DNA of 64,000 nucleotides from an uncultured Bacilli bacterium (GTDB lineage Bacteria; Bacillota_I; Bacilli_A; RF39; UBA660): NCBI GenBank assembly GCA_934149245.1, contig CAKPER010000005.1, positions 367 to 64,366 of the forward strand, read 5' to 3'. Shown piece by piece: positions 55,833 to 64,000 of this stretch (position 1 is its first letter; each line of letters starts with the position of its first letter). The notes under the pieces were generated by a model. It saw only the letters and a program-made list of their open reading frames with translations, ran no database searches and was not told where the DNA came from. The position numbers and the translations under genes were made by a program.

Positions 55833-57056
55833 TTATCTAGTCTTGGCTTTATTTGTATCATAAACCTCAAAATTCCATTTTTTTATTTCTTTTGTATCTT
55901 CATCGAAACTATTTATTTTAATATCTTCACCATTATCAAGTAATTTTAAATATGCTAGTACATGCTCAAAATATTTACTATCACCAGCTGTTATCTCATT
56001 ACGATTATCTTTCCAATCTCCACCCATTCTAAGAAGCTTTTGCATATTACCAACACCCATATTATATCTTTGTAAGCTATAAGGTAAGATATCTGATGCG
56101 TTTATCAATTTATCATCATAGCCATATCTAACTGTTTTGTTAATATTCTCTTGCAGAATCATAGTACCTGCTTTTATATTTCCTTCTAAGCTTTCTATAA
56201 CATCATTAGTAATTATTAAACTATCAAATTCATTTTTTTCATAGTTATAAGCTTTAACTTTTTTATTAAGCCATACTGACCATTCTATTTGCATAATACC
56301 AATATCAGGATTATCATAATCAATATCATGAATACCAGAACTCTCATTAGTAGCAAGAGCTATTAATAAATTACTATCAATACCAAACTCATGACCATAT
56401 TTATTAAAAATATCTTTATATCTTAAAGTATTTTCAATATCGTTATTAGAGATTTTTTTATCACTATCACTATAATAATCAAACTCTAAATAATTGCTGT
56501 TAGTATCATTTTCTACCTCTTCCTTATAATCATACATATCTCCATCATCATAAGTAATTACATCAACATCATCACTATTCTTTACTTCTTCATAACTAAT
56601 ATCAGTAGGTTCTCTTTTTTTATTTTCATTATTATTAGATAATTTAACTCCACCAACTCCAATAATAGCACCCATAACAACAGCTATAGCAACTTTTTGG
56701 GGAACAATTACTTTAGATTTCTTTCTATTAACTTTCTTTCCAGTAAGTTTTTTCTTTTTGTTAGTAGCAAGTTTTTCTATGTCTTTATCGTTAAATTTTT
56801 TAGTAGTAGCGTTTTTATTAGTATTTTTCTTTAACATTTTATCACGTCTAATTTCATACAAAGATATAATAATATCAACTCTATTATTAAAGGTAGCATT
56901 TCCATATCTAGGCCAATATCCTAATTTGTTTTTTTCAATAACATCTTTTAATATTTCTAATTCTTTTCCTTTAGCAAGTTTTCGAACTATCTTATTATTT
57001 CTATAAACTAGTGCTTCTTTACTAGAAGAATTAACTTTTATATAATAATTACTCAT
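55833..57056 (-). CDS. Membrane-anchored lytic transglycosylase (SLT-domain) protein
   Basis: Central TM VAIAVVMGAIIGVGGV. SLT motifs LIALATNESSG and IGIMQI. Confidence 0.65.
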   Translation of the reverse strand: MSNYYIKVNSSSKEALVYRNNKIVRKLAKGKELEILKDVIEKNKLGYWPRYGNATFNNRVDIIISLYEIRRDKMLKKNTNKNATTKKFNDKDIEKLATNKKKKLTGKKVNRKKSKVIVPQKVAIAVVMGAIIGVGGVKLSNNNENKKREPTDISYEEVKNSDDVDVITYDDGDMYDYKEEVENDTNSNYLEFDYYSDSDKKISNNDIENTLRYKDIFNKYGHEFGIDSNLLIALATNESSGIHDIDYDNPDIGIMQIEWSVWLNKKVKAYNYEKNEFDSLIITNDVIESLEGNIKAGTMILQENINKTVRYGYDDKLINASDILPYSLQRYNMGVGNMQKLLRMGGDWKDNRNEITAGDSKYFEHVLAYLKLLDNGEDIKINSFDEDTKEIKKWNFEVYDTNKAKTR

Positions 57057-57279
57057 TATTATTTTGACCTCTTTTTATAATTTCTTCATCCACTATATCG
57101 AAATCCTCTTCTAAAGTAATAGGGTATATATACCAGTTATTTTCTCTAACTTCATAAAAAGATGCTATAATATCCTCTGTATTTAAATCAAAATAAACAA
57201 CAAAGTTTTTATTATTTCTTTCAAAAGTAAATAGAATTTCACATTCTATAACTTGTCCAAGTTCATCATATAATTTCAT
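57049..57279 (-). CDS. DUF1292-like small protein
   Basis: LYDELGQVIECEILFTFERNNKNFVVY resembles DUF1292/YrzB family proteins. Overlaps the downstream gene by 8 nt. Confidence 0.5.
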   Translation of the reverse strand: MKLYDELGQVIECEILFTFERNNKNFVVYFDLNTEDIIASFYEVRENNWYIYPITLEEDFDIVDEEIIKRGQNNNE

Positions 57280-57470
57280 TTAAATCCCTCACATTCTATA
57301 TAAATTTATCATAAAAAGAAAGCTAAAGCAACTATTAGTAGGGTAAATATTTTTCTTACTTTAAATTTATAATTAGTAGCTTATAGCTTCATCTATCTTT
57401 TTTTGTTCTTTTTGTTAATTTAATATTTGGCTGGATATAAATTTTTTTTAGAATTATCTATTTTTATAAC

Positions 57471-57504
57471 ATAAAAATAAACTTCACAACTTAGTATGAA
57501 GTTT
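57471..57504 (-). terminator. Rho-independent terminator (minus strand)
   Basis: 8-bp stem aaacttca/tgaagttt. The A-run on the + strand side gives a U-run on the minus transcript. Confidence 0.45.
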
Positions 57505-57512
57505 AATTTAAT

Positions 57513-58115
57513 TTATCTACTAGCTTTTTTCTTTTTAGTTAATTTTTCTTTATAATCGCCTCTTATATTTTTTAGAATTTTATCTAATTCTTGTGTTGTT
57601 ACCTTTCCGTTATTTCTTCCTATTTCATCTAATTCATCTTCTGTTAAATAGGAAGCTAAAGGCTCTCCTTTATCGAAATGAGCATATTCTGGAAACGGAG
57701 CTGTATCTTCTTTTTTATCAAACCAAGCTGAAAATTCATTATTATATTCTTGATAAATTGGACTAGAAAATGTGTACAATATAAAGAGATTAGATTTATT
57801 GTTAAAAGTTAATTCTGTTACAATTAAATCATAAAGATTAAAAGTTTCGGAATTTTCTAATTCTTCTTTTTGTTTAGATAATTCTTCTATTTCTTGTTCT
57901 AACTTTGAACGTTTAGTAGTATATTCTTTTAAATATTTATTAATAACTTTTTCATTATTAATGTTATTATTTTTAGAATTACTATTTTTAGAGCTTGATC
58001 TTCCTAGTGTATATCCAACTCCACCAGCAATAAGGGTTAAACTTAATCCACCAGCTATTATTTTGTTCATAAGTTTTTTATTAAATTTTATATTATTAAT
58101 TTTCATATTTTCCAT
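57513..58115 (-). CDS. Hypothetical membrane-anchored protein with coiled-coil
   Basis: ORF with one TM (IIAGGLSLTLIAGGVGYTL) and a coiled-coil segment. No recognisable family. Confidence 0.5.
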   Translation of the reverse strand: MENMKINNIKFNKKLMNKIIAGGLSLTLIAGGVGYTLGRSSSKNSNSKNNNINNEKVINKYLKEYTTKRSKLEQEIEELSKQKEELENSETFNLYDLIVTELTFNNKSNLFILYTFSSPIYQEYNNEFSAWFDKKEDTAPFPEYAHFDKGEPLASYLTEDELDEIGRNNGKVTTQELDKILKNIRGDYKEKLTKKKKASR

Positions 58116-58288
58116 AAAATATTTCCTCCTTCTTACGGCTGGATATTATATCATCAATTATAATAGAAGTCAAATTTTAGTTAACAAGTTAAGGTATTAA
58201 TTTAAACAACTTATTAATACTTATTTTGGAGGATATATTTCATTTTTAACACATATTAACATTAAGAATAAAATATAATGGTGATAAT

Positions 58289-58522
58289 ATGAGTATATTA
58301 AATTTAGACAGATATTTAATGGATACAACTTATAAAATAATAATAAAAGATAATACCATAAATATCCTAAATTATGAAGAAATAAAAGATTTCTCTTCAA
58401 ATAAAATAGTAGTAAAGACTAAAAAAAATATCACAACAATAATAGGAAAAGATTTAGTAGTATCTAAAATGCAAGATAATGAAGTATTAATAACAGGATT
58501 AATCAAAACTATTGAGTTATAA
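58289..58522 (+). CDS. yqfC: YabP/YqfC-family sporulation protein
   Basis: 77 aa with KIVVKTKKNITTIIGKDLVVSKMQDNEVLITGLIKTIEL. Immediately upstream of a yqfD-like gene. Confidence 0.6.
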   Translation: MSILNLDRYLMDTTYKIIIKDNTINILNYEEIKDFSSNKIVVKTKKNITTIIGKDLVVSKMQDNEVLITGLIKTIEL

Positions 58523-58560
58523 CATCTTCTAAAAAACATAAAATTTTATAGGTGATACTA

Positions 58561-59784
58561 ATGAGAAATAGATATCTAGAAAAATTTGATAGTATCATAA
58601 AAATAAAAATAGAAGGAAAAAATATTAATAATTATATAAAGAGACTAATAAAAAATAAAATAAATATTATAAGATTAATACCAATCTCTTATAAAGAAGT
58701 ACATTTAATAGTTAAATATAGTGAATATAAAAAGATAAGTAAATATAAATCTATATATAAAATATCAATAATTAATAATTATGGTACATTAAGAATAAAA
58801 AATACTATAAAAAAGAATACTATTCTCTTAGTAACATTTTTTATATCTATTATGATTATGATTGGTTTATCTAATTTAATATTTACGATAGATATTATTC
58901 ATGAAGATAATAGTGTTAGAACTCTAATTCGTGATGAATTAGCAAGAAATGGTATTAGAAAGTTTACCTTTAAGAAAAAATATAATGAGTTAGAGAGAAT
59001 AGAAAATAAGATTTTATTAGATAATAAGGATAGATTAGAGTGGATAGAAATTATAGAAACAGGTACTAAATATACAGTTAGAGTAGAAGAAAGATTATTA
59101 ACAAAAGAAAATAAAAGTTTTAAGTATCAAGATATAGTGGCTAAAAAAGATGCTATTATAACTAAGATAAATGCTTCTAGTGGTGAGAAGGTAAAAGAAG
59201 TAAATGATTATGTAACTAAGGGGATGCCTATAATATCAGGAAGTATTACTATGCCGGATAATACTACAAGACTAACAAAAGCAGTTGGTAGTGTATATGG
59301 AGAAGTATGGTATCAAGTAACACTAGATTATCCATTTGTTTATAAAGAAGAAAAAATAACTGGTAAAACAAAGAATATTTATGTCTTAAATTTTTTAAAT
59401 AAGAGAATTTCCTTCTTTGATTTTGCAAAATATAAATCATTTAAATCTAAGAATAAAATAATTTTTAAATCAACTTTAGCTAATATTAATTTTTCTAAAG
59501 AACATCAGTATGAATTAATAGTAAAAGATGAAGTATATCCTGAAGATATTGCTACTAATAAAGCGATAGATTATTTAAAACAAAAATTATTAAAAGATAA
59601 TAAAGAGGTGAAAAAAATTAAGAAAGTAACAGTATTATCTTCTAGCGTAGATGATTCTATGATACATCTTAATTTGTTTGTAACAGCAATCGAAAATATT
59701 GGGAAAGTTAGTATAATACAAGAAAATCCAGAAGATATTAATTCTAGTGAATCTCAAAATAGTAATACTACTAAAAATCAGTAA
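58561..59784 (+). CDS. yqfD: Sporulation protein YqfD
   Basis: About 400 aa. TM near residue 95. N-terminal IKIEGKNINNYIKRLIKNKINI pattern typical of YqfD. yqfC-yqfD synteny. Confidence 0.6.
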   Translation: MRNRYLEKFDSIIKIKIEGKNINNYIKRLIKNKINIIRLIPISYKEVHLIVKYSEYKKISKYKSIYKISIINNYGTLRIKNTIKKNTILLVTFFISIMIMIGLSNLIFTIDIIHEDNSVRTLIRDELARNGIRKFTFKKKYNELERIENKILLDNKDRLEWIEIIETGTKYTVRVEERLLTKENKSFKYQDIVAKKDAIITKINASSGEKVKEVNDYVTKGMPIISGSITMPDNTTRLTKAVGSVYGEVWYQVTLDYPFVYKEEKITGKTKNIYVLNFLNKRISFFDFAKYKSFKSKNKIIFKSTLANINFSKEHQYELIVKDEVYPEDIATNKAIDYLKQKLLKDNKEVKKIKKVTVLSSSVDDSMIHLNLFVTAIENIGKVSIIQENPEDINSSESQNSNTTKNQ

Positions 59785-59862
59785 TTCCTCTTAGGCTAAA
59801 TTAAGAAAAAGTCCTTGTTTTGTGGCTTTTTTTATGATAAACTTGGTATAAGGTGATGAGAG

Positions 59863-62424
59863 ATGGAAGACATAATAAAAAAAATATACAATTATTCACT
59901 AGAAGAAATAATGGGAGAACGTTTTGGAAAATATTCCAAATATATAATTCAAGATAGGGCCATTCCTGATGTAAGAGATGGTCTTAAACCTGTACAAAGA
60001 AGAATTCTCTATTCTATGTATAAAGAAAAGAATACTTATGATAAAGCTTATAAGAAAAGTGCTAGAGCTGTTGGAGATGTAATGGGAAAATACCATCCAC
60101 ATGGAGACTCTTCTATCTATGATGCTATAGTAAGAATGAGCCAAGATTGGAAAATGAGGGAACCTTTTGTAGATATGCAAGGTAATAACGGTTCTATAGA
60201 TGGAGACTCAGCAGCTGCAAGTCGTTATACAGAAGCAAGACTTTCTAAAATTGCTGGGGCAATGCTAAAAGATATTGAAAAAGATACCGTAGCAATGTCA
60301 CCAAATTATGATGACACATTGCTAGAACCAACTGTCTTGCCAGCTAAATTTCCTAATCTTTTAGTAAATGGTACAACAGGAATATCAGCAGGTTATGCAA
60401 CTAATATTCCACCACATAACTTAAGTGAAGTAATAGATGCAACTATTTATAGAATAAGTAATCCAAATTCTAGATTAGATACAATTATGAACTATATAAA
60501 AGGACCAGATTTTCCAACTGGTGCTATTATTGAGGGAATAGATGGTATAAGAAGTGCTTATGAAACAGGTAAAGGTCGTATTATTATAAAATCTAAGACT
60601 AGAATAGAAAAAAATAAAATTATAATAACGGAAATTCCTTATGAAGTAAATAAATCTCAATTAGTAAGAAAAATGGATGAAATAAGAATAGACAAGAAAA
60701 TAGATGGAATTGCTGAGGTAAGAGATGAGTCTGATAAAGATGGTTTACAAATAACAGTAGACTTAAAAAAGGGAGCAAATGCCGAAAATATTTTAAATTA
60801 TTTTTATAAAAATACAGAGTTACAAATATCATATAATTTTAATGATGTAGTTATAATTAATAGAAGACCAGTCTTAGCCAGTTTACTTACAATATTAGAT
60901 GCTTATATTGCTCATCAAAGAGAAGTAATAAGAAAAAGAAGTGAATTTGATTTAGCTCATGCTAAAGCTAGATTTCATATTGTTGAAGGATTAATAAAAG
61001 CCATATCTATATTAGATGAAGTTATAAAAACAATAAGAGAAAGTAAAGATAGAATGGATTCTATTAAAAATCTTATTAAAAACTTTAAATTCACAGATGA
61101 ACAAGCAACAGCAATAGTAGATATGAGATTATATAGATTATCTAATACTGATATAAAAGCTTTAGAAGAAGAACAAAAGAAATTAGTAGAACTTATGAAT
61201 GAGTTAGAAAATATTTTAGCTGATAAAGAAAAGTTAGATAAAGTAATAATAACAGAATTAAAAGATATTAAAAAGGAATATGGTAGTCCAAGAAAATCAG
61301 AGATAAGAGATGAAATAACAGAAATAAAAATAGATACAACTAGTATGATTCCAAAAGAAGATGTAATAGTTGTTGTAACTAATGAAGGATATATCAAAAG
61401 AACTTCTCTTCGTAGCTATGCAGCATCTAATCCTGACGATATAACTTTAAAAGAAAATGACTATATTATAGGTACTTATAATATGAATACTCTAGATGTA
61501 TTATTAGTATTTACAAATTTAGGTAATTATTTATATATACCAGTGTATGAAATTCCTGACTTAAAGTGGAAAGATTTAGGAAAACATATGAGTAATATAA
61601 TAAATGTTGATCCAGAAGAGTATGTTGTTAACGCAATGCCTGTATATGACTGGAACGCCAATCTATACATTACAACATTTACTAAAAATGGTATGATAAA
61701 AAGAACAAAATTATCAGAATTTAAAGTACAACGTTATTCAAAATCTATAAATATGATGAAATTAAAAGATAAAGATAGAGTAATAAATGCTACATATAGC
61801 ATAGATACTAATGTTTTAATTGTAACTAAAAAAGGATATGGTTTATGGTATAACATAAATGAAGTAAATCCTGTTGGGTTAAAGGCAGCAGGTGTTAAAG
61901 CTATTAACTTAAGAGAAGATGAAGTAGTAAGTGGGCTCTTATTCAATAAAGATACTAGTGAATTTATTACAATTTTAACAGATAAAGGTAATGCTAAAAG
62001 AATGAGATTTACAGATATAGATATGGGTTCACGAGGAAATCGTGGTCTAATGTTTATGCGAGAAATTAAATCAAATCCATCTAAAGTAGTAAAAGTATTT
62101 GTAACTGATGTTAAAAATACAATTATGGTAATAACAAGTACTACTAAAAAAGAAATGAAATTAACAGAAATTCCAATAATGGATCGTTATAGTAATGGAT
62201 CTAATATTATAAAAGGAAAGATAAAAGATAGTTATTTAGAAGAAGAAATAATTAGTAAAGATGATTTTAAAGATTTAGAGTATATAGAAGATAAAAAACC
62301 AACGCAACAAAAATTAAATTTTGATAATTTATATAAAGAATCTTTAAAACAAGTTGATGATAAGATGGTTATTATAAATAACTTTTTAGATGATGTAGAA
62401 GATGATAAAGAAATAGATAAATAA
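59863..62424 (+). CDS. parC: DNA topoisomerase IV subunit A
   Basis: FGKYSKYIIQDRAIPDVRDGLKPVQRRILYSM (ParC-type rather than GyrA-type N-terminus). Active-site AAASRYTEARL. No parE adjacent. Confidence 0.8.
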   Translation: MEDIIKKIYNYSLEEIMGERFGKYSKYIIQDRAIPDVRDGLKPVQRRILYSMYKEKNTYDKAYKKSARAVGDVMGKYHPHGDSSIYDAIVRMSQDWKMREPFVDMQGNNGSIDGDSAAASRYTEARLSKIAGAMLKDIEKDTVAMSPNYDDTLLEPTVLPAKFPNLLVNGTTGISAGYATNIPPHNLSEVIDATIYRISNPNSRLDTIMNYIKGPDFPTGAIIEGIDGIRSAYETGKGRIIIKSKTRIEKNKIIITEIPYEVNKSQLVRKMDEIRIDKKIDGIAEVRDESDKDGLQITVDLKKGANAENILNYFYKNTELQISYNFNDVVIINRRPVLASLLTILDAYIAHQREVIRKRSEFDLAHAKARFHIVEGLIKAISILDEVIKTIRESKDRMDSIKNLIKNFKFTDEQATAIVDMRLYRLSNTDIKALEEEQKKLVELMNELENILADKEKLDKVIITELKDIKKEYGSPRKSEIRDEITEIKIDTTSMIPKEDVIVVVTNEGYIKRTSLRSYAASNPDDITLKENDYIIGTYNMNTLDVLLVFTNLGNYLYIPVYEIPDLKWKDLGKHMSNIINVDPEEYVVNAMPVYDWNANLYITTFTKNGMIKRTKLSEFKVQRYSKSINMMKLKDKDRVINATYSIDTNVLIVTKKGYGLWYNINEVNPVGLKAAGVKAINLREDEVVSGLLFNKDTSEFITILTDKGNAKRMRFTDIDMGSRGNRGLMFMREIKSNPSKVVKVFVTDVKNTIMVITSTTKKEMKLTEIPIMDRYSNGSNIIKGKIKDSYLEEEIISKDDFKDLEYIEDKKPTQQKLNFDNLYKESLKQVDDKMVIINNFLDDVEDDKEIDK

Positions 62425-62467
62425 CACTAAATCTATTTCTTTCTTAATATATAAAGGAGCGAATATT

Positions 62468-63850
62468 ATGAAAAATAATAAAATATATGTAAAAGATATA
62501 ATTGATAAGTGTGGAGGACGTCTATTAGTAGGAGATGATAATCTAGAATTAGAAAGCTTTTCAAAAGATACAAGAACTATTAAAGAAAAAGATGTATATT
62601 TAGGTATTAAAGGTGAAGTATTTGATGGAAATAAATTTTATGAAGATGCCTTTTCTAAGAAAGCTAGTTGTTGTATATTAGATAATGTTGATAATATAGA
62701 TTTAACAAAATATAAAAATAAAACTATAGTAGCAGTAGATGATACTATTAAATGTATTCAAGAACTTGCTAAATATAAAAGAAGTTTATACAATGTACCA
62801 GTAATAGCAATTACAGGATCAGTAGGAAAAACAAGTACCAAAGATATAGTATATCAAGTAGTTTCTAGCAAATATAAAACTCTAAAAACAGAAGGAAATG
62901 AAAATAATCATATAGGATTACCACTTACTATATTAAAATTAAAAGATCATGAAGCTCTAATAGTTGAAATGGGAATGAACCATTTTAAAGAAATTTCTTT
63001 ATTAACTAATATTGCTAAGCCAAATATAGCCATAATAACTAATATTGGAACTGCTCATATAGGAAATTTAGGTTCAAGAGAAAATATTTTAAAAGCTAAA
63101 CTAGAAATAACAGAGTCTTTAACTAAAGATAATACTTTAATAATAAATAATGACAATGATTTGTTACATAAAGAATTACCAAACTTAGAAAAAAAATATA
63201 ATCTAGTAACAGTAGGTATAGATAATCCAAGTGATTATACAGCAACAAATATAGAAGATAATGTCTTTTCTAGTAATTTTGCTATTGGAAATAATAATAT
63301 AACTGTAAATGTAGGAAGTAGAGCTTTTATCTATAATTCTCTAGTAGCGTATGCTGTTGGTTCTCTCTTAAAAATTACTCCCAAAGAGATACAATCTGCT
63401 ATTTATAACTTTAAATTAACTAAACATCGACTAGAACGTATAGAACTTTCAAATAATATAACTCTAATAGATGATACTTATAATGCTAATAAAGATTCTA
63501 TGATTAATGCTTTATCTATTTTAAGTAAAGTTAAAAATAAAAGAAGAGTTGCTATATTAGGAGATATATTAGAATTAGGTAATTATTCAAAAGAAATTCA
63601 TAAAGAAATAGGTAATACTATAACAAAAGATACATTAGATATTTTAATAACAGTAGGAAATGATTCTAATTACATCAAGAATATGGCTATAAAAAATGGA
63701 CTTTCTAAAAATAGTATATATTCTTATAACGATTATCATGAGGCTTCGCTACATATTAATAATATTATTAAAGAAAATGATATAATTTTATTAAAAGCTT
63801 CGCATGGTATACATTTAGAAAAAATAGTAGATTTTCTGTTAAAAAAGTAA
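62468..63850 (+). CDS. murF: UDP-N-acetylmuramoyl-tripeptide--D-alanyl-D-alanine ligase
   Basis: Mur-ligase P-loop ITGSVGKTSTK, VEMGMNHFKEI and IDDTYNANKDS. Confidence 0.88.
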   Translation: MKNNKIYVKDIIDKCGGRLLVGDDNLELESFSKDTRTIKEKDVYLGIKGEVFDGNKFYEDAFSKKASCCILDNVDNIDLTKYKNKTIVAVDDTIKCIQELAKYKRSLYNVPVIAITGSVGKTSTKDIVYQVVSSKYKTLKTEGNENNHIGLPLTILKLKDHEALIVEMGMNHFKEISLLTNIAKPNIAIITNIGTAHIGNLGSRENILKAKLEITESLTKDNTLIINNDNDLLHKELPNLEKKYNLVTVGIDNPSDYTATNIEDNVFSSNFAIGNNNITVNVGSRAFIYNSLVAYAVGSLLKITPKEIQSAIYNFKLTKHRLERIELSNNITLIDDTYNANKDSMINALSILSKVKNKRRVAILGDILELGNYSKEIHKEIGNTITKDTLDILITVGNDSNYIKNMAIKNGLSKNSIYSYNDYHEASLHINNIIKENDIILLKASHGIHLEKIVDFLLKK

Positions 63851-63923
63851 TATAAATTAAATTATTCTTTTAAAAAAATTCAAAGTTTGATAAAATATAG
63901 ATAGAGAATGGAGTTGATTAGTT

Positions 63924-64000
63924 ATGAAAAAAATTCCCTATGGTATATGCAATTATCGAAAGCTACAAGAAGAAGGATATGTATATGTAGATAAAACAAT
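63924..64000 (+). CDS. AAA-ATPase_like (PF09820-type) protein, 5' fragment truncated by the window end
   Basis: MKKIPYGICNYRKLQEEGYVYVDKT matches the characteristic N-terminus of this family (..PIGI.DF..L.E.GY.YVDKT). Confidence 0.55.
   Translation, partial: MKKIPYGICNYRKLQEEGYVYVDKT

Noticed and set aside
59863-62424. GyrA rather than ParC
   Set aside because: The N-terminal FGKYSKYIIQ...KPVQRRIL signature matches ParC-type subunits. GyrA typically has ...YAMSVIV.RALPD..DGLKPVHRR. The absence of an adjacent parE is noted but is not sufficient to change the call.
1-64000. Prophage, ICE, IS elements, rRNA operons, riboswitches or T-boxes
   Set aside because: I saw no integrase, transposase, terminase or capsid-like ORFs. 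I saw no terminal inverted repeats with a transposase. Apart from the tRNA, the variable blocks and the hairpin at 45528, there are no GC-rich structured segments.

Overview
The window is very AT-rich chromosomal DNA from a low-GC, endospore-forming Bacillota lineage. PolC, RecU-PonA, ComN-SecDF-Rel and ylbD-ylbE-ylbF-rsmD synteny, plus yunB and yqfC/yqfD, support this. Almost all genes are on the + strand. I saw no rRNA, CRISPR array, transposase, integrase or prophage.

Layout:
- 1-9.5 kb: a monoderm Tad/Flp-type pilus locus. It has a 926-aa vWA protein, CpaB-like protein, TadA ATPase, TadB, TadC, a 53-aa pilin-like ORF missing from the ORF track, and a TadZ-like pseudo-ATPase.
- 9.5-19.8 kb: a cell-envelope glycosylation cluster. 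It has an FAD oxidoreductase, several polytopic GT-C-like proteins (one tandem pair with a frameshifted copy), YfhO, and two GT2 enzymes including a CsbB/GtrB-like one.
- 20-23.7 kb: polA and mutM.
- 24-28.4 kb: a small accessory islet next to tRNA-Glu(CUC). It has a TasA/camelysin-like protein, a HipA-like kinase broken at an A7 run, and an AAA/DUF4143 ATPase.
- 28.5-43.3 kb: housekeeping genes, interrupted after rsmD by a RelE/HigB-like module with an XRE regulator.
- 43.4-45.6 kb: two tandem paralogous membrane-anchored proteins.
- 45.7-64 kb: polC, an unknown 411-aa protein with ADP-ribosyltransferase-like motifs, mtnN, an ArsR/CadA-type metal efflux pair, sporulation genes, parC and murF.

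The strongest finding is in the tandem paralogues at 43.4-45.6 kb. Their GC-rich C-terminal 136-nt blocks differ from each other in the pattern expected of variable repeats of a diversity-generating retroelement (DGR). Substitutions sit on codon positions 1-2 of discrete codons, on an otherwise identical scaffold. A long GC-rich hairpin follows the second copy. No reverse transcriptase or template repeat is present in these 64 kb.

All calls come from reading the sequence and motifs by eye. No database search was run.
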